A model generated the notes under the pieces. It did not search any database. It was not told where the DNA came from and was given only the letters and a program-made list of their open reading frames with translations. Positions 10,294 to 20,402 of a stretch of DNA of 64,000 nt are shown piece after piece; the first letter of the stretch is position 1, and each line of letters starts with the position of its first letter. The position numbers and the translations under genes were made by a program. The stretch comes from a virus: the IMG/VR virus record IMGVR_UViG_3300005253_000045, positions 1 through 64,000 of that record, one strand, 5' to 3'.

Positions 10294-10905
10294 ATGGGAA
10301 ACGCAGGATTTGGTGACAGTGGCGCCCCGACTGAGGGCGAAGTCACCCCCCAAGCAAAGGCAGAAGTGACAGATGGTATTCAAGGCAGCCAGGCTGCTTC
10401 CTCTGCATTCCAGAAAGAGGAAGAGGTAGCTCCAGTCGATGACGGCTTAGTAGCCTATGTCGCGGCCAAGGAGTTCGCCAATAGCCGCTTCCTCGTCGTC
10501 CACGGCGTGCCCGTCAAGGCCCCCATCGCGGCTGGCGGCTCTGTAGGTATTACCCCACTCATTACCCGTGAGGGCGACGTGTGGGCAAAGTTCGTCAATA
10601 GTGTTCTGGTGACTAATGACCAGAAGGTTATTGAGTGGTGCGACGCGCACACAAAGATTTGTCGCCGCTCAGATGACCCGATGACGAAGAGTTGGGTTAC
10701 TGTGAAGGCCCTTCAGGCCCGCCTCGCAAACCGCGAGCGCCTTCTCGACACGAGTGAGATGGACGCAGATGAGTCCTTCCCGCCGGGTCTAGTGGGTAGC
10801 CTACAAGCACAGGCCGCTCAGCCCAGAAGTGCCGGCAACACCGCTGTCGACAACGCAGAAGCCGCCAAGGAGAGCCTTCAGCAGAACCGTGCTGCCGGAC
10901 AGTAG
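10294..10905 (+). CDS. Hypothetical protein (structural operon)
   Basis: SD AAAGGAG; preceded by an intergenic hairpin (~10215-10272). Confidence 0.6.
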   Translation: MGNAGFGDSGAPTEGEVTPQAKAEVTDGIQGSQAASSAFQKEEEVAPVDDGLVAYVAAKEFANSRFLVVHGVPVKAPIAAGGSVGITPLITREGDVWAKFVNSVLVTNDQKVIEWCDAHTKICRRSDDPMTKSWVTVKALQARLANRERLLDTSEMDADESFPPGLVGSLQAQAAQPRSAGNTAVDNAEAAKESLQQNRAAGQ

Positions 10906-10915
10906 GGGCTAAGCG

Positions 10916-11302
10916 ATGCCTGTACGTATTGCGCAAATAATTGACGCCACTCTTGACGATACCCTTGGCTCTATTGCAGGGACGTGGGATTTCAATGGGG
11001 TATCGCCTAAGCGGGTCTCTTTATATGTAGCGGTAGCGGAGTCTGGCTCTGGCGCCACAGTGACGCTAACTGTGGAACTATCACCGGATGATGGGCAGAC
11101 GCTCATATCGTACGACAAGCTCCTCACACACGATGGCAATGACGCCCCACAGGCGAGCGAAATCTACACTCAGACAGAGGACGACGTACTATCGCTCTCG
11201 CCCGAGGATGTACTGGACTACATTAAGGTAACCCTGACTGGAAACTCGGTGACTGGCGCGAACTACTATGCGTGTGATGTCTGGCTTTGCTACTCCTACT
11301 GA
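10916..11302 (+). CDS. Hypothetical beta-sandwich virion protein
   Basis: Beta-rich 128 aa; operon context. Confidence 0.5.
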   Translation: MPVRIAQIIDATLDDTLGSIAGTWDFNGVSPKRVSLYVAVAESGSGATVTLTVELSPDDGQTLISYDKLLTHDGNDAPQASEIYTQTEDDVLSLSPEDVLDYIKVTLTGNSVTGANYYACDVWLCYSY

Positions 11303-11314
11303 TAGAGGCCCTTT

Positions 11315-11773
11315 ATGGAAAACTCCAAAGAGCGTTACTACCGTCTCAAGGGAGAGGGTAAGTGTGTCAACTGCGGAATCCGCGAACCGTTACGACGGAC
11401 TGTTAAATGCGCTCAGTGTGCCGCCTATCAGGCCAACTATCAGGTACGAACCACGCTACAGCGCCGGACGTACTCCCGTTCTCGCCATCTGAAGCGTAAG
11501 AAGCGGGTACTGGCTGCCTATGGCGGCGAGGAATGCGTTTGCTGCGGTGAGTACCGGTTAGAGCTACTCTCTATCGACCATGAAAGAAGGGACGGCGCCG
11601 AGCATAAGCGGCAGATAGGGCACAACCTCTACTGGTGGTTGGAGAAGGAAGGCTACCCCCAAGACTTAGGGCTGCGTGTCCTCTGCTTCAACTGTAACTG
11701 TTCCCTTGGGTACAACGGCTATTGCCCTCATGAGATAGAGAGACAGTCGGCCTACCTTCGGGAGGTGTCTTAG
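11315..11773 (+). CDS. HNH homing endonuclease with N-terminal Zn finger
   Basis: CVNCG...CAQC, then CVCCGE...SIDH...LRVLCFNCNCSLG.NGYCPH; paralog of 36708-37229. Confidence 0.8.
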   Translation: MENSKERYYRLKGEGKCVNCGIREPLRRTVKCAQCAAYQANYQVRTTLQRRTYSRSRHLKRKKRVLAAYGGEECVCCGEYRLELLSIDHERRDGAEHKRQIGHNLYWWLEKEGYPQDLGLRVLCFNCNCSLGYNGYCPHEIERQSAYLREVS

Positions 11774-11775
11774 CT

Positions 11776-12393
11776 ATGGCCCTCACAGTGGACGAACTCC
11801 GCGACGAGATGTCCCATCATCTCCAAGACCCTGCCCGTCTGCTAGTCAATGACGACCAGCTCCTAGAGTTCATCAACTCCGCGGCGTGGGATGCTGCTAA
11901 CGAGGGCTGGGTAGTCGACCTCGATGAGACCGAAAGTACCACCCTCTCCTCAGGCACCTACGCCTATGATGTTCCAGCCTCGTTTGTCTACGTGCATGAA
12001 CTTATCGTAGCAGACGCGGCCGGCGACTACCCCCTGTCTCAACTCATCCCCTGGAGTAAGTGGCAAATTGTCATGAATGGCGCGACAGTTCAGTTCCTAC
12101 TGAGTAAAGACCGATTCACGATTACAGACGGTAGGGCGGTTAAGGTGCGCGGCCAAGCCCGGCCGACGGCGGAGTACTCAGCCGACGGTAGCATCGACGC
12201 CGGTATGGAGTCATTCATACGCGAGCGTGCTATCATGTATGCTGCTCGGAACCTGTCCCGCCATAGTGGGGGGCACGCTCAGCAGTACGCTCAGTTGATG
12301 GTAGAGGCTAAGGCGACTAGTGACGAGCTATTTACGCGGCAGGCAGAGTTGTTCCAGCCAAAGACCATGAGCAGGGTGGTTCCCTCGAGGTAG
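11776..12393 (+). CDS. Head-tail adaptor / tail ring protein, paralog 1
   Basis: N-terminal helices (LRDEM...LQDP...LLEFINSAA), GTYAYDVP strand, C-terminal FIRERA...SRVVPSR; architecture like podovirus adaptor (T7 gp11/P22 gp4 class). Confidence 0.6.
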   Translation: MALTVDELRDEMSHHLQDPARLLVNDDQLLEFINSAAWDAANEGWVVDLDETESTTLSSGTYAYDVPASFVYVHELIVADAAGDYPLSQLIPWSKWQIVMNGATVQFLLSKDRFTITDGRAVKVRGQARPTAEYSADGSIDAGMESFIRERAIMYAARNLSRHSGGHAQQYAQLMVEAKATSDELFTRQAELFQPKTMSRVVPSR

Positions 12394-12395
12394 CT

Positions 12396-13334
12396 ATGAC
12401 GCTCAACGAAATGTACGAAGCCCTCGCTAACCACCTGCGCGACCCGATGCTGAGGGTGCTCTACCCCCATCAGCTCTTAGAGTTCATCAACTCCGCGGCA
12501 CGAGACGCAGCAGGAGAAGGGTTCTTCATAGCCCTTGAGGACGACGAGTCTCTCAGTCTCGTGACATCAACGTACGACTACGACGTCCCTTCAGACTTCG
12601 CCCTAATCCATGACATCTGGCAGGAGACGACTGCGGGTGGCGGTGTATACGACCTGTGGATTCCGCACAACCACTGGGCGCTCCGCTACAACGGCAGCGC
12701 CCCCCAGATACACTTTGACGATGACCTCTTCAGTATCACCAACGCGAGAGTCCTGAAGATTCTCGGACAGGCTCGGCCCAGCGAGTATAGTCTGGCTCAA
12801 GCCGGCGTCAACGAAGTGCAGCGGGTTAGCCACGACGGTACAGGCGGTACATTCACGCTGACGTTTGCCGGCCAGACTACATCGGCCATTGATTGGGACG
12901 CGACCGCGGCCGCTGTCGACACCATCATGCAGGCTCTATCGAACGTCACGGCCGTAACGATAACGGGTGGAGACCTACCTGTCGCCATAGACATTGAGTT
13001 CACCAACCCCGGCGCACAGAACATCGCAGAGATGACGGCTAACGCCGCTAGCCTCACAGGGGATACAGTAGGCGTAACCATCGCTACGGTGACTCAAGGT
13101 GCTTTAGCTGTCGCCGCCGGCGCCACCAGCATTGACACAGGTCTTGAGGCCTTCATTCGCCAGCGTGCTATCCACTACGCCTCGACCTATATGGCAGTGG
13201 CTGCTGAGGGCGATGAGGTTGCCCTCTATGAGAGAATGGCCGCTAGCGCACTTACAGCAAGCGAGGCCTTCATACAGGCGCAGAGGGCACACTTTGGCCC
13301 GAGGCGCTACTCCCGGCCGGTGCCTTCGAGGTAG
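12396..13334 (+). CDS. Head-tail adaptor / tail ring protein, paralog 2, with ~100-aa inserted beta domain
   Basis: LRDP...LLEFINSAARDA, YDYDVP, GQARP, FIRQRA, SRPVPSR; insertion NEVQRVSHDGTGGTFTLTF...IATVTQG. Confidence 0.6.
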   Translation: MTLNEMYEALANHLRDPMLRVLYPHQLLEFINSAARDAAGEGFFIALEDDESLSLVTSTYDYDVPSDFALIHDIWQETTAGGGVYDLWIPHNHWALRYNGSAPQIHFDDDLFSITNARVLKILGQARPSEYSLAQAGVNEVQRVSHDGTGGTFTLTFAGQTTSAIDWDATAAAVDTIMQALSNVTAVTITGGDLPVAIDIEFTNPGAQNIAEMTANAASLTGDTVGVTIATVTQGALAVAAGATSIDTGLEAFIRQRAIHYASTYMAVAAEGDEVALYERMAASALTASEAFIQAQRAHFGPRRYSRPVPSR

Positions 13335-13337
13335 ACG

Positions 13338-14222
13338 ATGACGACGGTAAACGAGCTTCGAGACGACATCTCATTAAACGTTGGTGACCCAATGATGGAA
13401 CGGGCCAATCGGGACCATGTGCTCGGGTTCATCAACCGTGCTGCCCGCGATGCGCAGAACTCTGGCTGGCTACTTCGAGTTGAGGACGCCGAGAATATCG
13501 GGCTACTCGGCAACGAGTACGAGTACGACGTCCCCGCACGATTTGCCTACGTCAAAATGCTCAAGATTGGTGACAAGAACGTAGACAATGCCTCTACCGT
13601 AGACACCGGTACGGAGTTGGGTGCCGCTATCGCCGACACTACAACGACTGCCATCACGGTAGACGACACTTCCATCTTCGTCGTCAATGACCTCATCCAA
13701 GTAGACAGCGAGATAATGTTCATCACGGCCCTCACGAGCGCCACTGTCCTGGCTGTGACTCGCGGGTATTTTGGAACGACTGCGGCCACACACGACAACG
13801 ATTCTTCTATCCTACGCCCACTTGCGGATGTTGCCTTTGAGTATACCATCCCGCGGGCGTACTGGACGATGAGGCTACAGTCAGGCGGGGCTAACACTAA
13901 AACGGCCGCGCTTGGTTCCCGGCCCCAGTTCGTCTTCAACAGCGACCTCTTCAGCTTCACTGCCGGCACGCCGGTTCAGGTGATTGGACAGCGCCGGCCT
14001 ACTACGGCCTACGTGAGTGGGGATACGATAGACGACCAAACTGAGTCATTTATTGCTGAGCGGGCCACAGCCTACGCCGCCCGCTTTATCTTTGCTCAAG
14101 GGAATGCTCCTGATATGAATCAGGTGTATCTCCAGTCCTGGGCGAACAGTATTGCTTTCCTACGCTCCCATCCCGCCGAGTTTCGAGTTCGACCAAATAG
14201 CACCCGCGTACCAGGACGGTAG
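13338..14222 (+). CDS. Head-tail adaptor / tail ring protein, paralog 3, with ~75-aa inserted beta domain
   Basis: VGDP...LGFINRAARDA, YEYDVP, GQRRP, FIAERA, STRVPGR; insertion ITVDDTSIFVVNDLIQVDSEIMFITA...VTRGYFGTTAATH. Confidence 0.6.
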   Translation: MTTVNELRDDISLNVGDPMMERANRDHVLGFINRAARDAQNSGWLLRVEDAENIGLLGNEYEYDVPARFAYVKMLKIGDKNVDNASTVDTGTELGAAIADTTTTAITVDDTSIFVVNDLIQVDSEIMFITALTSATVLAVTRGYFGTTAATHDNDSSILRPLADVAFEYTIPRAYWTMRLQSGGANTKTAALGSRPQFVFNSDLFSFTAGTPVQVIGQRRPTTAYVSGDTIDDQTESFIAERATAYAARFIFAQGNAPDMNQVYLQSWANSIAFLRSHPAEFRVRPNSTRVPGR

Positions 14223-14224
14223 CT

Positions 14225-16510
14225 ATGAGCGATGCTGTCGCCGATGATGGTGAATATCAGGACGATACAATCACGCTGAATGGCGTGAAGCTAGCCGTCA
14301 ACAGCCCTATACGGGCCGGAATGGTCTCCGAGTTCAGTACGGGCATGAAGGTGGGTAAGGCAACCTATGATGAGCGCCTGCACGCCTTTTGGATAGCTCT
14401 CGATGATTTCTCTGGAGGATTCGGCTTCAGGCAGTTAGACGTCCGAGAAGCGGGCGGAACTCACTTCGACAATGTGGGGGGCGTTGACCTTCGCCGGCCG
14501 CGCCACATCACCCTCCCCGCACGGCGGGACACACTAGACCCTCCGTCCGACCCTGCCCTCAGTACTCTTATTTCCTGGCAGGACTCCATGATTTACAGCG
14601 ACATCTCGGGCGCTGAGCGTCTCTACGTAGCTATCTTGGAGGACATCTTCTACTTAGACATTGAGCGTAGCGTCCTTACCCGGGTCTACGATGGGTCGGC
14701 CGACCCCGACGGTGCTAATGCCCCGCGCTTTGGGCGTATCATAGAAGGGGTGGCGTCAGACGGTACACGCTTCCTCCTAGCCACTGGCGTGGATGCTACC
14801 GGCTCTGAAGAATACGTCCGCACGGAGGATGGGGGTACTTGGGTAAAGAGCTCGGGTATTCCAGCCACACCTGCCGCTAATGCCTCTATGCAGCTCTCAG
14901 ACGCTATCTGGTGGAATGGTCTTGTCATAGCACATGGCGAGGGAGACCAAATTATTGGTTCCTCCGATGGTAAGGCTTGGGACGTTGACGAGGCAGGCCT
15001 TCTCGACCCGCGCTGGCGCACCGGGGGTAGTTTTGTTCGCTTTGTCGGTACTGCTATGGCCCCATGGGGCTATGATGCCCCCTACTTCCTCAGCAAAGGG
15101 CATTTGTGGATACTAGACTGGTATCTTTACAATGCCGTCAAAGTCGAAGACCTGGGCGATAGAAACGTACTACGCGCCGGTGTCGTTTGGAATGGCTCCA
15201 TCATCGTTACAGATGGGTGGAACATTTGGGAGTACAACCCCGGCAACGCCCAGACGGTACGGCGAATTGGTCTCTTTGGAAAAGACGGTCCTCCCCCCAG
15301 CACCAGGTCTGACACCGGACACCCTGGACAAGCCGATAACTACTATATCACTCACTTTATCCCCGGCACATCCGACCTATTTGCTATCTGCCGGAGCCTG
15401 ACTGGCGCCGGCGCCGCGGTAGGGGCACCCTCATGGCGCTTAGCGGTCTACAATGGGGTTGGGTGGAGCTGGTTTGGGTCTGAAGTAACCTCTTCACAGG
15501 CGTACGCAGGGATTATGGGGATATTCCCCTCTGCCCTCTCACTCCAACTACCAACTAGGACTATTGACGTGGTGGCTATCGCGGACCAGAATAGTACCGA
15601 CTGGAACCTGCACACTATCCACCTTCCCCCTGTAGGCGACATCCCAGTCCCCGGCCCAGGCCAGCGCTTTGAAGACGGCCCTCTATCCTTTGAGACGGGA
15701 TGGTTTGATGGCGGGTTCGCCGAGTTGGAAGGAGCACTTCTCCAACTGTCATTCGATGGGTACTCTATGAGTGACACGGAAACTGTACTCGTCGAGTACC
15801 GTCTGAATAATCAGACGGAGGCCACGTATGAAACGCTAGGCACATTCAAGAAGAACAGCCAGAAGATATGGTTCTCCGACGACCACAGGGGGGTACCCTT
15901 TATGTCGGTGCAGTTCCGTATCTCTCTTGACCGTGGTATTGGCGTGAAGTTCTCCGACGCGGGCACAAACGTAAGTGATGCTGCCTTCGATGCAGGAGAC
16001 GTTAGTGTCACAGTTCAGGATAGTTCCCTTTTCCGCATTGGAGACGTCGTGCGCTTTGATGAAGAGCAGTGTCTAATCACCGCCATTACCGCGGCCTCGG
16101 AGCTACTCACCATCACCCGCGGGTACAACAGTACTACCGACGCAGGTCATAGCAATGGTATCGACGTGTACGCCGAGGAGGGCGTAAGTCCCGAGATTAA
16201 GGCTCTCATCCTTGTCTACGACAAGGTACCGAAGATGCGTACCGCCTGGACTATTCGTATCGATGTGAGCAGGATGATAGAACGTCCGTTCAGCATAGAT
16301 GAGGAAACAGCCACTACAGAGAGTATCTGGCAGTTCCTGAAGTCCCTGGTAAACACCCCAACCCTCACAAAGATGGTGGTTCCCTCCATGGAGAGTGGGG
16401 GCGTCAATGTACGAATTACAGACATGCCTGCCACTATCTCCGACTTCCGTACGGCGATGGGCGGCAGAGGTTTCATCGAACTTCAATTGATTGAAACGGT
16501 CGGTGAGTAG
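14225..16510 (+). CDS. Putative tail nozzle / stabilisation protein (beta-propeller)
   Basis: 761 aa beta-rich, DDFSGGFG near N-terminus, SFETGWFD near C-terminus, follows adaptor genes as T7 gp12/P22 gp10 do. Confidence 0.55.
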   Translation: MSDAVADDGEYQDDTITLNGVKLAVNSPIRAGMVSEFSTGMKVGKATYDERLHAFWIALDDFSGGFGFRQLDVREAGGTHFDNVGGVDLRRPRHITLPARRDTLDPPSDPALSTLISWQDSMIYSDISGAERLYVAILEDIFYLDIERSVLTRVYDGSADPDGANAPRFGRIIEGVASDGTRFLLATGVDATGSEEYVRTEDGGTWVKSSGIPATPAANASMQLSDAIWWNGLVIAHGEGDQIIGSSDGKAWDVDEAGLLDPRWRTGGSFVRFVGTAMAPWGYDAPYFLSKGHLWILDWYLYNAVKVEDLGDRNVLRAGVVWNGSIIVTDGWNIWEYNPGNAQTVRRIGLFGKDGPPPSTRSDTGHPGQADNYYITHFIPGTSDLFAICRSLTGAGAAVGAPSWRLAVYNGVGWSWFGSEVTSSQAYAGIMGIFPSALSLQLPTRTIDVVAIADQNSTDWNLHTIHLPPVGDIPVPGPGQRFEDGPLSFETGWFDGGFAELEGALLQLSFDGYSMSDTETVLVEYRLNNQTEATYETLGTFKKNSQKIWFSDDHRGVPFMSVQFRISLDRGIGVKFSDAGTNVSDAAFDAGDVSVTVQDSSLFRIGDVVRFDEEQCLITAITAASELLTITRGYNSTTDAGHSNGIDVYAEEGVSPEIKALILVYDKVPKMRTAWTIRIDVSRMIERPFSIDEETATTESIWQFLKSLVNTPTLTKMVVPSMESGGVNVRITDMPATISDFRTAMGGRGFIELQLIETVGE

Positions 16511-16512
16511 CC

Positions 16513-17079
16513 ATGCCGCGGCGCCCGTCCGAGCTGTCTACACGCAAGCCCCTTGTAGCGCCCAGAACACCTAGGGCACCTGGCCGTAAGGAGGCATTCG
16601 AGCGGGAGGGCGTAGAACTGCGCCCCCTAGCCGGCCCCGCTATTCCTATCCCGCCTGAGCAGGAAGAAGCTCTCCTTGCGCGTTATGAGGGGTGGAAGGC
16701 ACAGTGGAACGGGTCACTGCCAGAGTTCCTCGTCTTCGAGTTTCTCACTATCGAGAAGAACCTCATACCGAACTTCGACTTTGTATTTCAGCACCCGCTC
16801 TTTGGAGGTAGAACACGCTGGGGCGGGTTCATTCTTGACTTCTTTTTCAACATGCGCCAGGAAGGATGGCGTGTAATGGGTGAACGCTACCACCTCGAGC
16901 AGCCGGCCGACCGCGCCCGGGACGCTGTTGCAGCTACCCAACTCATGGCCCAGGGTATCAAAGTCATTGACCTCTGGGAGAGCGACTTGATGACCCGAAG
17001 GGACTTCGTTCTCAACCTAGCCTGGGAGCAGGGGGCCAGTGTCATATCGCGTGCGCCCTTTGGGGCGGGGGCTGTCTAA
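16513..17079 (+). CDS. DUF559/Vsr-like PD-(D/E)xK endonuclease
   Basis: SLPEFLVFEFL...FQHP...ILDFF...GERYH...RARD...GIKVIDLWESD. Confidence 0.65.
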   Translation: MPRRPSELSTRKPLVAPRTPRAPGRKEAFEREGVELRPLAGPAIPIPPEQEEALLARYEGWKAQWNGSLPEFLVFEFLTIEKNLIPNFDFVFQHPLFGGRTRWGGFILDFFFNMRQEGWRVMGERYHLEQPADRARDAVAATQLMAQGIKVIDLWESDLMTRRDFVLNLAWEQGASVISRAPFGAGAV

Positions 17080-20000
17080 TGGCCACCTACCGCGTAGCAG
17101 TGGTCAATGAGCAAAAAAGACCCATTGCCGGCGTGGTGGTCGAGGCCGTATCCCTCAACAACTGGCCTGACGTCACCACTACTGCGGAGACCGGGCGCAA
17201 TGGTACCGTACAATTCACGGGCATCAGCGGCCCTCACTGGTTCCGCCCCCGTACTCGACGCACCTCCACCGCAGTAGGTGGTCGGGTCTACACTGGTGCA
17301 GTGGAAGTACAGGTCGTAAACTCAGGGGGAGAGAAGGTGTGCGTTGACTTCGTTGTTGACTGCGATGGTATGGGCACGCACACCACCCTTGCCGCGGCCA
17401 TCGCTCAGGCTATCACCGACCAAGCTAATCGCGTCATCTTCCTCTGCTGTAGTGTCACAGAGTCCGACATCGAAATCGGTGGGCTGGCTGGCGGCCAGAG
17501 CATTACCATTATCTCGCATCAGAACCGCCGCGCCATCATCACTACTAACTCCGACGAGGATATGTTCAAGCAGACGTCTAATGGCGGAGGGTCGCCTGAC
17601 GGCGGACTGTTCCTCAAGGATATTGGGCTGACGATAACTACAGCAGGCTACGCCGTATTCCTGTGCGACACTGGCACAGAGATAACGAATATCTCGGCGG
17701 AGCGTGTAGACTTCAATGGCGGTTACTTTGTACGGAACGATTCTGCCCAAGACGCGATGGGCAACCTGGACATTCGGATTGTTGAGTGTATAGGGGGGCT
17801 AACAGGCTTCTACCAAAACGAGGGCTCCACCCCCCCTAACGACCTTTACGCCCTCGACAACGATATGACACTGACGCACTGGTGGAAGGAACTGTCTGCC
17901 GGCGCAGAAGGGGCAGAGACCAACGCTGCAAACAGCTCCAATGTGGTTGGGGGGAGCTATACCGTCTCAGAGTGGATGACGATTGCGCTCTCTGGGAACT
18001 TCAATAGGTGGGCATTCAAGGACTTCATCCTAACCAGTGGCTGCTCGGGTGCACACTTCCGCCACAGTGCCACGGATACCAATCACCGCGGGGTACACTA
18101 CTCCGACATCCTGTTCATCGCTACAGCGAATGACACCGACTTTGGTGACTTCCAGGGGCCGGCCGCCAATCCGCAGGATAACCTATACATTGTAGGTATC
18201 CATGGGGTTGCGCAATCGGGCGTGACTCCGAGTGGTACATTCCTCGCAGTAGATACAGACCAAACAAACCCCTATGTCGCGGACATCTGGGCGCCCGCAT
18301 GGCCTACCGTCTACAGTGGCCCCACCATCACGCCCGCAGTACCTCCTGTTATAGACCACGACGACCTAGCCAATGTTACAAGTGACCAGCACCACGCACT
18401 GAGCCATGATATTCTCTCCACCGACCACCCCGACACCCTCGCGGCATCTGTTGTACGGGGCGACCTCCTATTAACCAACGCAACACCAGTGCTAGCACGG
18501 CTACCGATTGGCGCAGCATCCACCTATCTGAAGTCAGACGCTACCGACGCTGCATGGGCCGCTATCCAGGCCGCAGATGTCGGACTGCCTATCATCGGTA
18601 CTCCTACTTATGATAGCGTAGAAGGCCTGAACACCGTCTTCCACTCTGCTGGCTGGATTAGTCCTGGTGGGGTAATTTCTGATGCTGGGGGGGCGACAAT
18701 CAATGTCACTGCCGGTGATGGGATGCTCCGTTCCTCAGATAGCCCAGTGGCTCAACTTAAGTTCATTGAGTGGCCAGCATCGAACGGTCTGGCCATCACC
18801 GCAGATAGCATCCGCTACATCGGAGTAGAACTCAACGACCCTAATGACCCACAGGTCGTCGTCCGCACGACCAACAACTTCAACAACAACACCGACTTCA
18901 TACTCGGCACAGTAGTCAATGACGGAGGCGTGCTACACGTCCAGAACGCACCGTGGGAGGTTGGCGACCATGCCAACTTTATGATTCAGCGGACGCGCGG
19001 GACGGCTCCCATCGCCCGCGACAAAGAGGTCGGCGGCATTATCTTTTCGGAGAGTGGCACGCGACGAGTAGTTGTCAGTGCGGGCCAACTTTGGAGGGGG
19101 CTGACGGCCTTCGTCATAGGTGCCCTTGATACCGACCCTGGCGGCGCTGCCGACACCTTCGATGAATACTCATCACAAGGCAAGGAAAATACCGGCATCG
19201 CTCAGTGGCCAAACACGCTCTATGACAACGGTTCGGGTGGAACCGGCTCGTTGCAAACGATGGGAAACAACAAGTGGGCGAACCTCTGGTGGTACATCGA
19301 ACTGGACACCGAGCTGGTCATGGTCTACGGGACAGCTCAGTATAACACCCGGACCGAGGCTGAGAACGAAGACATTCCTAGTACCTTGCCGGACAGATTG
19401 CAGGTGCATGGCATTCTGGCTGCGAGATTCATCTTCCAGAAGTCTGCGGCTACGGCGGCGGAGATACTGAGCGCCTTCGATACCCCCTTCACGCCGAGCG
19501 GAGTGACGCTCCACGCCGACTTGGGCACTGTTACGTCCGGCCAGCACCACACTCAGGCTCATAAGGACGAGCATGACCCCGAAGACGGAGCTGACGCCCT
19601 AGACACGGCCAACGCCGCAGAGATTAGTGTGGTTGTCGCTGCCGGTACAGGCTCGTCTCACTCCCTTGCCCGCGCAGACCACGTTCACGCCATCGTCCAC
19701 GCTATCACAGACAACCATATCGTCACCATCGACGGTGGTGGCGCGGGTGCTCCTGCCAGTGGGGAGTATGCGAAGTGGACAGCTAGTGGGTTGGAAGGAA
19801 AGAGTGCCGCTGAAGTAGCAGGCGACATCGAGGGGAGTATTGACCACGGTTCTATTGGCGGTCTTGGAGATGATGATCATACGCAGTATGCTCTACTTGC
19901 GGGGCGGACTGGTGGTCAGATTATTTACGGCGGAGAAAATGCTAGTGCATTCTTGGTTCTTCGCTCTACTAGTCATGGGACAAAGGGCGACATTGCACTT

Positions 20001-20402
20001 CAACAGGCCACTATCATTACCTTGACGGCGGATATAGCCGTAGATGTGTATAGTGGGGACAAACATACAATTCAGTGTACGAGTGCCGGACAGGTGTTAC
20101 TTCTTGGAGGTATTAGTACGGGTATCGTCATTGGCGCAGACGTACATCTCTATCGCGCTGAAGCTGATTTGCTGGCCCTCGCCGCAGGAGATAATCTGAA
20201 TCTCGTTCAGGGATACATCCAGCTAGAGGATATGTCAACGCCGTCTAACCCTTCCTTTGATGACATGCACTTCTTCACACGTATAGCAGGAGGCCGCATC
20301 CAATTCATTGGGCAGGGGCCAACAGGTGAGGAGTGCGTAATTTGCGACGTGTCTAACACCGTCGCCCCAGCAAATGTTCTTACACTCAACTGGATTGAAT
20401 AG
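17079..20402 (+). CDS. Tail fibre / receptor-binding protein
   Basis: 1107 aa; beta-helix-like N-half (VVDCDGMGTHTTLAAAI), His-rich fibre motifs (DHDDLANVTSDQHH, HHTQAHKDEH, ARADHVH, DHGSIGGLGDDDHTQY); TAATG coupling. Confidence 0.75.
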   Translation: MATYRVAVVNEQKRPIAGVVVEAVSLNNWPDVTTTAETGRNGTVQFTGISGPHWFRPRTRRTSTAVGGRVYTGAVEVQVVNSGGEKVCVDFVVDCDGMGTHTTLAAAIAQAITDQANRVIFLCCSVTESDIEIGGLAGGQSITIISHQNRRAIITTNSDEDMFKQTSNGGGSPDGGLFLKDIGLTITTAGYAVFLCDTGTEITNISAERVDFNGGYFVRNDSAQDAMGNLDIRIVECIGGLTGFYQNEGSTPPNDLYALDNDMTLTHWWKELSAGAEGAETNAANSSNVVGGSYTVSEWMTIALSGNFNRWAFKDFILTSGCSGAHFRHSATDTNHRGVHYSDILFIATANDTDFGDFQGPAANPQDNLYIVGIHGVAQSGVTPSGTFLAVDTDQTNPYVADIWAPAWPTVYSGPTITPAVPPVIDHDDLANVTSDQHHALSHDILSTDHPDTLAASVVRGDLLLTNATPVLARLPIGAASTYLKSDATDAAWAAIQAADVGLPIIGTPTYDSVEGLNTVFHSAGWISPGGVISDAGGATINVTAGDGMLRSSDSPVAQLKFIEWPASNGLAITADSIRYIGVELNDPNDPQVVVRTTNNFNNNTDFILGTVVNDGGVLHVQNAPWEVGDHANFMIQRTRGTAPIARDKEVGGIIFSESGTRRVVVSAGQLWRGLTAFVIGALDTDPGGAADTFDEYSSQGKENTGIAQWPNTLYDNGSGGTGSLQTMGNNKWANLWWYIELDTELVMVYGTAQYNTRTEAENEDIPSTLPDRLQVHGILAARFIFQKSAATAAEILSAFDTPFTPSGVTLHADLGTVTSGQHHTQAHKDEHDPEDGADALDTANAAEISVVVAAGTGSSHSLARADHVHAIVHAITDNHIVTIDGGGAGAPASGEYAKWTASGLEGKSAAEVAGDIEGSIDHGSIGGLGDDDHTQYALLAGRTGGQIIYGGENASAFLVLRSTSHGTKGDIALQQATIITLTADIAVDVYSGDKHTIQCTSAGQVLLLGGISTGIVIGADVHLYRAEADLLALAAGDNLNLVQGYIQLEDMSTPSNPSFDDMHFFTRIAGGRIQFIGQGPTGEECVICDVSNTVAPANVLTLNWIE

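Noticed and set aside
11771-16515. Recurrent TAGCTATG/TAGCCATG stop-start junctions as a novel signal
   Set aside because: Adequately explained by translational coupling and paralogy of the adaptor genes
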